This document shows, in pieces, positions 1 to 10,032 of a stretch of 64,000 nucleotides of DNA. The notes beneath the pieces were generated by a model. That model saw only the letters and a program-made list of their open reading frames with translations. It searched no databases and had not been told where the DNA came from. The position numbers were made by a program, and so were the translations under genes. Position 1 is the stretch's first letter. Each line of letters starts with the position of its first letter. Origin of the DNA: an uncultured Actinomycetes bacterium (lineage in GTDB: Bacteria; Actinomycetota; Thermoleophilia; Gaiellales; JALYLC01); assembly GCA_963794695.1 (NCBI GenBank), contig CAWCFJ010000007.1, positions 44,310 through 108,309 on the forward strand. The letters are read 5' to 3'.

Positions 1-308
1 CCCGAAGACGGCGCCGTACTACTCGATCCTGCTCGACGGCGGCGGCTCCGACGTCCGCTACAGCATCCTGTACGTCCCGTCGCGCGCACATGGTCCGGCT
101 CGCGCAGAACCGGGTGCCGCCGTACCGCGACACGGTCGGCGCGTACTGGGCCGCCGCTGTCTGCGACCGACGAGCAGGCGTTCCGCCGCGCCGTCGGCAG
201 CCTGCGCCCGCTCGCGGCGCCGCGGCGCTGGGGCTAGACATCGGCGGCATCCAGCTCTGACCCCAACGGGGCATTCCGGCGCAGGGCGGGTCCGTCGATG
301 GGCTCGTC

Positions 309-1290
309 ATGTTACAACATTTGCTATCTCGCCCGATGCTCGTTGGAATCTTGGCAATTGCGGGCCTGTCCGTCGCCGGCACCGCGAGCGCGCCGGCTGC
401 GACGACGGCTCCCCGGGTCTTCGCCTTCATCGACGAGTTTCCCGACGCCACCCAGCAGGCCCGGCTTGCTCGCGGTGGCCTCCCAGATCGGGGTGGCCGC
501 GCCGGAGTGGTGCAGCATCCGGGGCACGACCTTCGGCTGCGACGCCGTCGACCAGAACCTGCTGGCGCTCGGGGCGTCGAGCGGCTTCACGGTCTGGCCG
601 GTCGTCAACCGTGCCGACCCGGGCCCCGACGATGCGCTGCTGGCGACGGCCGCGTCCCGCCGTCAGGCGGCCGACTCGATCGCCGCCTGGGCGGCCGAGG
701 CCGGCGTCGGCGGCATCACCCTCGACGTCGAGGGCGTCGACCCCGGCCGGGCGAACGCGTTCACCAACTTCGTGAAGCTGCTCGGGCGCGACCTGCACGA
801 CGACGGCCGCTCGCTCGCGGTCTACGTGCCGCGCCGCACCGGGGCGAAGGCCTCGGCGTGGAGCGCCGCCTACCAGTGGGGCGCGCTGGCCGACGCCACC
901 GACCTCCTGCTGGCCTCGTCCTACAGCGAGTCCTGGGAGGCGCCGGGCCCGGTCATCACGACCGCCGGCTTCTCGGCGCTGCTCGACTGGGCGGCCCGCT
1001 ACGGGACCGACCGGGTCGCACCGGTGCTGCCGGCCTTCGCCCAGCGCTGGGCGGCCGGAGCCACGGCGCCGGACATCCTCCCGGCGGCGACGGCCGCCGC
1101 CCGGGGCGACGTGGTCGGGCTCGGCGCGCAGCGCGACGGCGAGGCCTCGTACGTGGACGGCGGCGCCGTCACCTGGTTCGAGACCGGAGAGGGCCTGGCC
1201 CAGCGCCGCGCCGCTGCCGGCCAGGCCGGGTTCTCGTGGGTCGCGCTCTTCCTGCTCGGCTGGGAGCCGGCGTCGTTCTGGGGCGCCTGA
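309..1290 (+). CDS. Secreted glycoside-hydrolase-family-18-like protein, frameshifted: signal peptide in frame of 309, catalytic region in frame of 298
   Basis: Frame 309 gives signal peptide MLQHLLSRPMLVGILAIAGLSVAGTASA...RVFAFIDEFPDATQQAR, then degenerates into Arg-rich junk. Frame 298 takes over at about 465-480 with LLAVASQIGVAAPEW...GGITLDVEGVD...SLAVYVP, a GH18-like DxxDxE-type block. A one-base indel near 470 is needed to join them. Confidence 0.5.
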
Positions 1291-1770
1291 TCAGCCGATG
1301 AGCGCGACGAGCGCCGCGACGCTGTCTGCGACCGGACGGTCGGTGTCGAGCTCGTGGTGGGCGATCCGGCGCAGCAGCGGCTCGACCGTGTCGACGAGTG
1401 CCACGGCGCGGGCCGCGTCCTCGGGCCGGCTGCCGTAGGACCCCGCGGGCCGGTCCGCGAGCCGCGCGGCGAGCACGTGGCGGGGCGCCGTGAGCAGCAC
1501 GACGAGGTCGAAGCGTCGGGCGAGGCGGCCCATGTTGGGCGCACAGCCGCTCGCGAACAGCTCGCGGGCGTCTCCGTCCAGGAGCTCGGCGACCCGCTGC
1601 TCGCGCCAGACCCAGTCGCGGCCCGGCTCCACGGTGTCGCCGGCGGCCTCGACCCACTCGGAGAACGCCGGTTGGTCGAGGTCGACGGCGCGCCGGCCGC
1701 TGGCCGCGAGCGCCGCCACCAGGGCCGACTTGCCCGTGCCCGAGACGCCCGTGAGCAGCACGCGCGGCAC
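1291..1770 (-). CDS. P-loop NTPase (AAA/NMP-kinase-like ATPase)
   Basis: N-terminal Walker A motif LLTGVSGTGKSAL. Compact 159-aa ORF with non-biased composition. Confidence 0.7.
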   Translation of the reverse strand: MPRVLLTGVSGTGKSALVAALAASGRRAVDLDQPAFSEWVEAAGDTVEPGRDWVWREQRVAELLDGDARELFASGCAPNMGRLARRFDLVVLLTAPRHVLAARLADRPAGSYGSRPEDAARAVALVDTVEPLLRRIAHHELDTDRPVADSVAALVALIG

Positions 1771-1775
1771 CCGAC

Positions 1776-2378
1776 TCAGCGCGCCGCGTGGGCCCGCAGC
1801 GCGTCGAGCGCCCCGCGCAGCAGCGCCAGCGCCTGCTCGAGCTCGGCCGGGTCGATCGCGAGCTGGCGGTCGGCGACGCGCGCGCCGAGCGTGGTGAGGA
1901 GGGTGATGACGGCGCCGGCGTAGGTGTGGGCGGCCAGGCTGTCCGGGGCCACGCCGGCGTCCTCGGCGACCGCCCGGGCGATGGCCTTCTCGGACTCGGC
2001 GAGCCGGTCCGTCGCCAGGCCGCGCAGGTGCGGGTCGTGCGCCACGGTCCGCTGGCGCAGCAGCGAGAGGTCCTCGACGTGGGACGCGCCCTCGGCCTCC
2101 AGCCAGCGCACGATCCGCTCGAGCACGTCGCCGTCGCTGCCGTCCAGGGCGGCCGCCAGCCGGTCGAGCGGCTGCACGAGCCCGCCGAGGACGATGTCCT
2201 CCTTCGAGGCGAACCAGGTGTGCACGGTGCGCGGGGCGACGTCGGCGCGCTCGGCGATCTGGGCGATGGTGGCGCCCTCGAAGCCGCGCTCGAGGATGAG
2301 CTCGCAGGCGGCGCGGGTGATCGCCTCGCGCGTCCTGGCGTTCTTCCGTTCCCGCAGTCCCACGTGCTCCTCGATCAT
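1776..2378 (-). CDS. TetR family transcriptional regulator
   Basis: N-terminal helix-turn-helix RKNARTREAITRAACELILERGFEGATIAQIAERADVAPRTVHTWF. The in-frame ATG at 2378 is preferred over the TTG at 2396. It sits divergent to an MMPL transporter gene. Confidence 0.8.
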   Translation of the reverse strand: MIEEHVGLRERKNARTREAITRAACELILERGFEGATIAQIAERADVAPRTVHTWFASKEDIVLGGLVQPLDRLAAALDGSDGDVLERIVRWLEAEGASHVEDLSLLRQRTVAHDPHLRGLATDRLAESEKAIARAVAEDAGVAPDSLAAHTYAGAVITLLTTLGARVADRQLAIDPAELEQALALLRGALDALRAHAAR

Positions 2379-2391
2379 GCTCGCAGCATAA

Positions 2392-2439
2392 CGCAAAGAC
2401 GCACAGAAGAGAAAACTTGCATAAGAATGCGACTTTGCG
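2392..2439. promoter_or_regulatory. Candidate TetR operator or divergent promoter: inverted repeat CGCAAAG...CTTTGCG enclosing TGCATAAGAATGCGA, in the AT-richer tetR/mmpL intergenic
   Basis: Seven-base arms at 2392-2398 and 2433-2439 are exact reverse complements. Local GC drops relative to the flanks. Confidence 0.3.
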
Positions 2440-2452
2440 CTAGGGTGCGTCC

Positions 2453-4600
2453 ATGGCCTCGCATCTTCAGGCGCTCGGACGCTTCTGCTTCCGCCGCCGC
2501 CGCTTCGTGCTCGTCTCCTGGATCGCCCTGCTCGCCGTGGTCGGCGCCGCCGCCGTCCTCGGGAACGGCTCCTTCGTGTCGTCCTTCTCGGTGCCCGGCA
2601 CCGAGTCGCAGAACGCCATGAACCTGCTCGAGCAGCGGCTGCCCAACGCAGGCGCCAACGGCGGCAGCGGCCGCGCGGTGTTCGCCGTCGACCAGGGGAA
2701 GACGTTCAGCGCAGCGCAGCAGCAGGCCATCCGCCGCACCGTCGCGGCGATCGAACAGCTGCCGTCCGTGGCGTCCGCGAGCGATCCGTTCGCCACCGGC
2801 GCGGTGTCGGCCGACAGGCGCGTCGCCTACACCCAGATCGGGTTCTCGAGGCCGTCGACCGACGTCAGCGGCGCTGACCGGACGGCCATCGAGCGGGCCG
2901 AGGCGTCCGCCCGGCAGGCCGGCGTCACGGTGCTCCTGGCCGGTGACGCCGCGCCTGTCCAGGCACAGGGAGGGATCCCGCCCGAGGCCATCGGGCTGCT
3001 CGTCGCGCTGGTGGTGCTGGCCATCACCTTCGGCACGATGACCGCCGCCGGCATGCCGCTCCTGACCGCGGCGATCGGCGTCGGCATCGGCCTCGCCGGG
3101 ATCCTCGGGCTGAGCGCCCTGACCGAGCTCTCGTCGGTCGTCACCAGCCTGGCCTCGATGCTCGGTCTGGCCGTCGGCATCGACTACGCGCTGTTCATCA
3201 TCTCCCGCTACCGCTCCCAGGCCCACGAGGGCATGGATCTCGAGGAGTCCGCCGGGCGCACCGTCGGCACCGCAGGCAGCGCCGTGGTGTTCGCCGGCGC
3301 GACCGTGATCATCGCCCTGGCAGCGCTCGCCGTCACCGGCGTCCCGTTCCTCACGGCGATGGGCCTCACGGCCGCCGCCACCGTGGCTGTCGCGGTGCTC
3401 GTGGCGCTCACCCTGGTCCCCGCCCTGCTGGGCTTCGCCGGCCGCCGCGCCGTCAAGGGCAAGCGCTTCAACGGCCCCGAGCACGAGCGGAAGGCCACGC
3501 TCGGCGCCCGCTGGGTGGCCCTCGTGGTGCGCCACCGCGTGGCCGCGATCGCCCTCACCGCCCTGACGACGCTCGCGCTCAGCCTGCCGCTGCTGCACCT
3601 GCACCTCGGCCTGCCCGACGACTCGACGGCGGCCAAGGGCACCCAGCAGCGCCAGGCCTACGACCTCCTCACCGAGGGCTTCGGCGCCGGGTTCAGCGGG
3701 CCGCTCACGATCGTCGCCGACGTTCCGAAGCAGGACGACGCCAACGCGGCCGCCGCGCAGATCCGCACCCGGCTGACCGCGCTCGCCGGCGTGACCGCGG
3801 TCACGCCCGCGAAGGTCACGCCCGACGGGTCGCTCGCGATCCTGTCGGTGATCCCGAAGAGCGGCCCGTCGACGAGCGCGACCGAGCACCTGGTCAACCA
3901 GATCCGCGGCCAGGAGGACGAGATCCGCGCGGCCACGGGGGCCCAGCTGTACGTGACCGGCCCGACCGCGGTCAACATCGACGTCACCAGCAAGATGGCC
4001 AGCGCCCTCCCGGTCTACCTGCTGGTCGTCGTCGGGCTGGCCCTGGTGCTGCTCACCATCGCGTTCCGCTCGGTGCTCGTCCCGCTCACCGCGGTCGGCG
4101 GCTTCCTGCTCTCGATCGGCGCCTCGCTGGGCGCGATGGTCGCGGTCTTCCAGGACGGGATCGGGGCCTCGCTGCTCGGCATCGAGCCCGCCCCCATCGT
4201 GAGCCTGCTCCCGGTGCTGATCATCGGGATCCTGTTCGGCCTGGCCATGGACTACCAGGTGTTCCTGGTCTCGCGGATGCACGAGGCCCACGCCCACGGC
4301 CAGGACCCGCAGGACGCCGTGCACCAGGGGTTCCGCCACTCGGCCCGGGTGGTGACGGCGGCGGCGCTGATCATGGGGAGCGTGTTCGCCGGGTTCATCC
4401 TGCCCGACGACGCGATCATCAGGTCGATCGGCTTCGGCCTCACCTTCGGGATCCTGATCGACGCGTTCCTCGTCCGCATGACGCTGATCCCCGCGCTGAT
4501 GAGCCTGCTCGGCTCGCGGGCCTGGCACCTGCCGCGCTGGCTCGACCGGCTCGTCCCGAACCTCGACCTCGAGGGCGCCGCGCTGGCCGACGAGCGCTGA
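2453..4600 (+). CDS. MMPL family RND-type membrane transporter (intact)
   Basis: Uninterrupted 715-aa ORF. N-terminal transmembrane segment, large periplasmic loops and a second transmembrane bundle with ...MDYQVFLVSRMHEAH..., the typical MmpL architecture. Confidence 0.85.
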   Translation: MASHLQALGRFCFRRRRFVLVSWIALLAVVGAAAVLGNGSFVSSFSVPGTESQNAMNLLEQRLPNAGANGGSGRAVFAVDQGKTFSAAQQQAIRRTVAAIEQLPSVASASDPFATGAVSADRRVAYTQIGFSRPSTDVSGADRTAIERAEASARQAGVTVLLAGDAAPVQAQGGIPPEAIGLLVALVVLAITFGTMTAAGMPLLTAAIGVGIGLAGILGLSALTELSSVVTSLASMLGLAVGIDYALFIISRYRSQAHEGMDLEESAGRTVGTAGSAVVFAGATVIIALAALAVTGVPFLTAMGLTAAATVAVAVLVALTLVPALLGFAGRRAVKGKRFNGPEHERKATLGARWVALVVRHRVAAIALTALTTLALSLPLLHLHLGLPDDSTAAKGTQQRQAYDLLTEGFGAGFSGPLTIVADVPKQDDANAAAAQIRTRLTALAGVTAVTPAKVTPDGSLAILSVIPKSGPSTSATEHLVNQIRGQEDEIRAATGAQLYVTGPTAVNIDVTSKMASALPVYLLVVVGLALVLLTIAFRSVLVPLTAVGGFLLSIGASLGAMVAVFQDGIGASLLGIEPAPIVSLLPVLIIGILFGLAMDYQVFLVSRMHEAHAHGQDPQDAVHQGFRHSARVVTAAALIMGSVFAGFILPDDAIIRSIGFGLTFGILIDAFLVRMTLIPALMSLLGSRAWHLPRWLDRLVPNLDLEGAALADER

Positions 4601-4770
4601 CCGTCTCCGCTGGCTCGTCGGCCGCGCGGCCCGCCTCACCCCGCGATCGGCGGCCCCACCACGCGCGCTGGGGCGTCGCACACGGTGAGACGGTACCGCG
4701 AACCGGTTGCAGCGCCGGCGGCCGCGGCCTAGTGTCGTCGGCGCGACAGCAGACGACAAGGAGGTACGTC

Positions 4771-5838
4771 GTGAAGTCGATTCGGATGGGTGTGGTCGCC
4801 GCAGTCCTGGGAGCCTCGCTCCTCGCCGGAGGAACGGCCGTTGCGGCCGAGCCGACGGTGTTCGCGAGCGGGCTCGACAACCCGCGCGGGCTCACCTTCG
4901 GGCCGGACGGCAACCTGTACGTCGCCGAGGCGGGGACTGGCGGCACCACCTCGACGATCGGCACGTGCCCGCAGGTCGGGGCGCCGATCGGGCCGTACAC
5001 CGGCGGCAACACCGCGAGCGTGACGCGCATCGCGCCGGACGGCGAGAAGACGATCGCGGCCGACGGGCTGCCGTCGGCGACCGAGGCGATCGGCGACATC
5101 GAGGGCGCGTCCGACGTCGCCTTCGTCGACGGCCAGCTGTACGTGCTCACCGCGGGCGGCGGCTGCTCGCACGGCCACACCGACGCGCCGAACGGCGTCT
5201 ACAAGGTCAACGGCGACGGCACCACCACGTTGGTCGCCGACCTCAGCGCCTTCCTGGCGGGCCACCCGGTGGCCAACCCCTCGGACGACTTCGAGCCGGA
5301 CGGCACCTGGTACTCGATGGCCGTGCGTGACGGTGCTCTGTACGCCGTCAACGCGAACCAGGGCGACGTCGAGAAGGTCTCGCTCGACGGCAGCGTGAGC
5401 CGGATCCTCGACGGCTCGGCCCGCTTCGGCCACGTCGTCCCGACGGCGATCGCGTCCTGGAACGGCCGCTTCTTCCTGGGCAACCTCGGCGTCTTCCCGA
5501 TCACCCCGGGCGCGCAGTCGCTGTGGAAGCTCACGGCCGGCGGACACGTCTCGCAGGTCGCCGGCGGGCTCACCACGGTGCTCGGCGTGGCGGTCACGAA
5601 GCACGGGCGGATCTACGTGCTCGAGTCGATGACCATGCCCGGCTTCCCCGGCCCCGACCAGCTCGGCTCGGGCGCGGTGCTGCAGGTCAAGAGCGACGGG
5701 ACGACCGTGCCGGTCGCAACGGGTCTGAGCTTCCCGACCGACCTGGCGCTCGGCCCCGACGGTGCGCTGTACGTGTCGAACCTCGGCTTCGGCGCCGGCG
5801 CCGGCGCGGGTCAGGTCGTCAGGATCCCGCTGGGCTGA
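4771..5838 (+). CDS. ScyD/ScyE-family secreted beta-propeller (NHL-repeat-like) protein
   Basis: GTG at 4771 is preceded by a perfect RBS AAGGAGGT (4758-4765). Signal peptide, then LDNPRGLTFGPDGNLYVAEAGTGG with repeated propeller blades. Confidence 0.75.
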   Translation: MKSIRMGVVAAVLGASLLAGGTAVAAEPTVFASGLDNPRGLTFGPDGNLYVAEAGTGGTTSTIGTCPQVGAPIGPYTGGNTASVTRIAPDGEKTIAADGLPSATEAIGDIEGASDVAFVDGQLYVLTAGGGCSHGHTDAPNGVYKVNGDGTTTLVADLSAFLAGHPVANPSDDFEPDGTWYSMAVRDGALYAVNANQGDVEKVSLDGSVSRILDGSARFGHVVPTAIASWNGRFFLGNLGVFPITPGAQSLWKLTAGGHVSQVAGGLTTVLGVAVTKHGRIYVLESMTMPGFPGPDQLGSGAVLQVKSDGTTVPVATGLSFPTDLALGPDGALYVSNLGFGAGAGAGQVVRIPLG

Positions 5839-6715
5839 GTGCGGCTGCACGAGGGACAGGAGGAGGTCGACGGCGAGCTCGTGGCGCGCCTGCTCTCGGA
5901 GCAGGCCCCCGGGCTCGCCGGCCTCCCCGTCCGCCGGCACGCCTCGACCGGGACGGTCAACGCGATCTTCCGGCTCGGCGACGAGCTGTACGCGCGGCTG
6001 CCGCTGCTGGCTGCGTGGGCGGACAGCCTGGCCAACGAGGAGCGGGTGCTGCCGCGCCTCGCGCCGCACCTGCCGCTCGAGACGCCGCAGGTGGTGCACC
6101 GGGGAAGGCCGGGTGCCGGCTACCCGCTGCCCTGGGCGGTGTACCGCTGGATCCGCGGCGAGCCGTACGACGACGGGCTGGTCGCGGACGAACGTGAGGC
6201 GGCCCACGACCTGGCGGCGTTCGTGCAGGCGCTGCGGGCGGTGCCGCTCGACGGCAGCGAGGTGCGCGCCGGCCGCCGGCCGCTGCCCGCGCTCGACCGT
6301 CAGACCCGCGAGAACATCGCCGCGCTCGGCCAGCACTTCGAGCTCGCCGAGGTCGAGGCGGCCTGGACACGGGCGCTCGAGGCGCCGCTCTGGGACGGCG
6401 TGCCGACCTGGATCCACGCCGACCTGCTGCGGCCGAACCTGCTGGTGCGCGACGGACGGCTCGCGGCCGTGCTCGACTTCGGCGGCACCGGTGCGGGCGA
6501 CCCGGCCACCGACCTGGTCGCGGCCTGGGCGGTGTTCGGCCCGCACGGCCGGGCGGCCTACCGCGAGGCGCTCGAAGCCCGACGACGGCGCCTGGGAGCG
6601 GGGGCGCGGCATCGCGCTGCACCAGGCCGCCGCGATCGTGCCGTACTACGCCGAGACGAACCCGGTCTTCGCGGCGCTCGGGCGGCGCACGATCGAGCAG
6701 GTGCTCATCAGCTAG
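5839..6715 (+). CDS. Aminoglycoside phosphotransferase (APH) family kinase, with a C-terminal frameshift near 6580
   Basis: NAIFRLGDELYARLP...WIHADLLRPNLLV...VLDFGGTGAGDPATDL matches APH motifs. The last ~45 aa (WERGRGIALHQAAAIVPYYAETNPVFAALGRRTIEQVLIS) are read in the frame that ends at 6715. Confidence 0.7.
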
Positions 6716-7147
6716 ACGCGCGGCCGTACTCGTCCACGAAGTCCCAGACCCGCAGGTGGCCGGGCTCGAGCCGGACGATCACGTCGCTGCCGCCGTGGGC
6801 GTCGGCGTAGGGCGGACCGTCCTGCGGCCCGAGGTAGCGGGCGGCGATGCGGCGGGCCGTCTCGTTGACGGCCTGCTCGACGAAGCGGGCGGTGGTGCGC
6901 AGCTCGACGCCGCGCAGCGGCCGCTCGGACTCGGCCACCACGATCGTCGCCCGCGGGTCGCGGCGGAGGTGGCGGGCCTTCGCGTCGAGGCCGTCGATCC
7001 ACAGGTTGAAGCCGCCGTCGCGCCACTCGTGCCAGACCGGTGAGAGCAGCACGCTGCCGTCCGCCCGCAGCGTCGCCAGCACCGCCACGCGCGGCTCGTC
7101 GAGGAACGAGCCGAGCTCCTCGATGGGGAGGTCCTTGCGCACGCGGC
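6708..7147 (-). CDS. PPOX-class (pyridoxamine 5'-phosphate oxidase-like, probably F420-dependent) family protein
   Basis: DLPIEELGSFLDEPRVAVLATLRADGSVLLSPVWHEWRDGGFNLWI... . The longer ORF upstream of about 7150 is Arg-rich junk. Confidence 0.65.
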
Positions 7148-7198
7148 CACGATAGGCCACGCCGGAAGGCGGACGGGCTGGCGGTCGTTGTCGTCCCC

Positions 7199-8114
7199 AT
7201 GAGCGTCGAAACGACCACGGCCGTCGTCGCGACGGCCTTCGGCGGCCCCGAGGTGCTCGAGCTCCGGGAGCTGCCGCTCGCCCCGCCCGGCCCCGACGAG
7301 GTGGTGCTCGAGGTCCGCGCCGCGGGCACCAACCCGATCGACTACAAGCAGTACAGCGGGGCGATGGGCCGGCCGGAGCTGCCGCTGCGGCTGGGCGCGC
7401 GAGGCGTCCGGGGTGGTGGTCGGCAGCGGCGCCGAGGTGATCGCGTACCCGCGAACGGCACGTACGCGACGCACGCTCGTCGTGCCGGCGTCGAGCCTGG
7501 TCGAGAAGCCCGCGGCGCTCGGGTTCGAGGAGGCCGCCGGGCTCCTGCTGGCCGGCGTGACGGCGACCCACGCGCTGGCGGTCGTCGAGGCCGCAGCCGG
7601 CGACACCGTCCTGCTGCACGGCGCCGCCGGCGGGGTCGGGCTGCTCGCGATCCAGCTCGCGGTGCTGCGCGGCGCCCGGGTGATCGGCACCGCGAGCCCG
7701 GGCAGCCACGACCTGCTGCGCGAGCTCGGCGCCGAGCCCGTGGCCTACGGCGAGGGCCTGGCCGAGCGGATCCGGGCGCTCGCGCCGGACGGGGTCGACG
7801 CCGTCGTGGACGCCGCCGGCGGAGACGAGGCGCTCGACATCTCGCTGGACCTGGTCCCGGACCGCGGCCGCATCGTCACGATGGTCGCCGGGCCACGCGC
7901 CTTCGAGGCCGGCGTCAAGGTGATCGGCGGCGCCCCGGGTGCCGACCCGGGCACCGAGATCCGCCGCAGCGCCCGGCCCGAGCTGGCGCGGCTCGCCGGC
8001 GAGGGCACGCTGCGGGTCGTCGTCGCCGGCTCGTACCCGCTGGCCGAGGCCGCCGAGGCCCACCGCCGGCTGGCCGAGCGCCACGCCCACGGCAAGCTCG
8101 TCCTCACGCCCTGA
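7199..8114 (+). CDS. NADPH:quinone oxidoreductase / zinc-type alcohol dehydrogenase (MDR) family, frameshift near 7390
   Basis: N-terminus (MSVETTTAVVATAFGGPEVLELRELPLAPPGPDEVVLEVRAAGTNPIDYKQ...LPLRLG) lies in the frame of 7040. The nucleotide-binding remainder (VVGSGAEV...GAAGGVGLLAIQLA...) lies in the frame of 7413. One indel in 'ctgggcgcgcgagg' separates them. Confidence 0.7.
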
Positions 8115-8195
8115 GAGCCGGTGGAAAACGACGGAAGCCCGCACGGGGCGGGCTTCGGTCATCGGAAGATCAGGCGGTAAATGGTCGGGGGACGT

Positions 8196-8795
8196 TCAGT
8201 TGAAGGTCTCACCCTCTGGTTGCCATCGCTGTCCGACGCCCATCTCATCGGCAGCGTCCGTCGCGGGCTTGAGCCTGCGCGACACCCAGCAGACGAGGAC
8301 CGCCGAGGCCACGCCCACGAGCGTCCCGGCGAGGACGTCGGTCGGGTAGTGGACGGCCGCCAGCAGCCGGCCGACCGCGACCATCGCGGCGACGGCGTAG
8401 GCGGGCACGGCGAGCCGCCGGTAGGAGAGCGCCACGACCGTGGCGATGGCGAAGGCCGCGGTCGCCCCGTCGCTCGGGAAGGACGGGTCGATGTTCGCCG
8501 AGCCGATCGGGTCGAACAGCAGCGGGTGGGCCACGAACGGCCGGGCGCGCCCGATCACGGGCTCGAGCAGCCGGGCGAGGCCCTCGGCCGCCACCAGCGC
8601 GAGCGGCACCTCGACCGCCAGCCGGCGAAGCCCGATCCGCCCCGACTGCCAGGCGTAGGCCACCGCCAGCCCGAGCAGCACCACGAACGCGAGCTCGGAC
8701 GAGACGTACAGGTGCTGCACGGCATCGACCACGCCGAGCCGGCGGACGACGCCGGCCAGCAGCACCTCGACGCGCAGGTCGGCAGCGTCGACCAC
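8196..8795 (-). CDS. PAP2 superfamily phosphatase (membrane)
   Basis: PSDGATAAFAIA...VHYPTDVLAGTLVG, the PAP2 catalytic motifs. In-frame protein-like sequence with another transmembrane helix continues upstream to about 8900 without a start codon, so the N-terminus is uncertain. Confidence 0.65.
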   Translation of the reverse strand: MVDAADLRVEVLLAGVVRRLGVVDAVQHLYVSSELAFVVLLGLAVAYAWQSGRIGLRRLAVEVPLALVAAEGLARLLEPVIGRARPFVAHPLLFDPIGSANIDPSFPSDGATAAFAIATVVALSYRRLAVPAYAVAAMVAVGRLLAAVHYPTDVLAGTLVGVASAVLVCWVSRRLKPATDAADEMGVGQRWQPEGETFN

Positions 8796-8997
8796 GTGGG
8801 TCGCGACCAGGCCGGTCAGGCAGACGAAGGCGCCGAGGCAGGCGACGGCGATGCGGCGCCGGGGCTGCAGGTGCGAGCGGCGCGGGGCGTGGCGTCGTGA
8901 GCTCCATGCGGCGACCGTACGCCGCGTCCGTCACGCCCCCGCGCCGCCTCGACCAGCGGCGCCGGCGGCCCGCTCAGCGGTGTCGCGGCTGGGCGTT

Positions 8998-9900
8998 CAG
9001 GGCAGATGGCGACGGCCCGGATGCGTCTCGTCGGTGAACGGCTGGCCGTTGTCCTCGTACACGTCCCAGAACGTGCCCTGCGGGAACGCAGCTGTTGAGG
9101 TCGACGGTCACCGAGCCCGAGCTGGACAGGGCGCCGCCGCCGAGCGGCGGCTGGCCGGCCGGGCAGGTGACGAAGCGCCCGGTTCTGGGACGACGGCGGG
9201 TTCATCACCGGCGCCCCGACCTGCACCGAAGTAGCCCTTCGGCTTCTTGGCGCAGATCGGCGAACACCTCGAACGTCGTGTCGAAGTTGGTGTTGGTCGT
9301 TCATGTCGGTGCGCCAGCCGTTGGCCTCGGGGAACGTGCTGTTGATCAGCACCGCAGTGCTGCCGGTGTTCGAGAGGCGAGCCGCCGCCGTACACCACGG
9401 TGTGCGCCGGACACGTCGAGCTGCCGCTGGCCTGCGTCTCGGCGGGGTCGGTGAACACCCCGCTCTCCACGATCGTCGTAGTTGCGGACGGCCTTGCCGC
9501 ACACCGCGTACACGGCGAACGTCGTCGGCGAGCTGACGTTGTTGACGTCGGCGACCCACGTGTTGCCGGCCGGGAAGGAGCTGTTCACGTTGGCGTTCAG
9601 CCCGCTCGAGGCGACACCACGCCGCCGCCGTAGGCCACCGTGCCGATCGGGCAGGCGACCGAGCCGCGGGTCTGGGTGAACTGGTCGAGGTGAAGAGCTG
9701 GGAGTGCACCTGGACGTAGCCCTTCGGCAGCTTGCCGGCAGCGCGGGTGCTGCCGGCAGGCCGTCTTGCCGGGCGCGGGCGCCGACGCCGGAACGCCCTG
9801 GACCGGGTTCTTGGGCTGGTCGGCCAGCGCGGCCGGGGCGGATGCGGCCAGCGCGACGCCGGCCAGGGCCGCTGCGAGCGGCCTCGCCTTCGAGGTCATG
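8998..9900 (-). pseudogene. Secreted repeat protein (signal peptide MTSKARPLAAALAGVALAASAPAALA), reading frame broken at least 4 times
   Basis: Pieces in all three minus frames are protein-like and repeat a module (CPxGTVAYGGG / CPAHTVVYGGG / FPAGNTWVADVNN / FPEANGWRTDMN). The DNA also carries an internal direct repeat (...acctgcaccgaagtagcccttcggc... at ~9210 and ...cacctggacgtagcccttcggc... at ~9700). C-terminal ...FWDVYEDNGQPFTDETHPGRRHLP ends at stop 8998-9000. Confidence 0.5.
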
Positions 9901-10032
9901 CGATCGGCTCCTTCGGAGGTCTCGCCGGCCAGGCGCTCGTCGGAGGCCGGCTGATCGACAGCCGCGACCCTACGGGCGCCGCTCGGATCCTGCGAACTGG
10001 CCGACCGGCCGAAATCAGTCTGGACGAAACGA

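Noticed and set aside
2375-4759. 794-aa minus-strand ORF antisense to the MMPL gene (also 4729..6612-, 12479..15523-, 12607..15600+, 15309..16730+, 16411..17910+, 17849..18778+, 24297..26720-, 35146..39132+, 39854..42871+, 56479..59001- and similar)
   Set aside because: Extreme Arg/Gly/Ala/Pro or Asp/Glu/Arg composition with no motifs. These are the expected stop-codon-poor shadow frames of a ~72% GC genome opposite genuine genes.
8245-8934. 229-aa minus ORF overlapping the PAP2 gene in another frame
   Set aside because: Arg/Pro/Gly-rich junk. The PAP2 frame carries the catalytic motifs.
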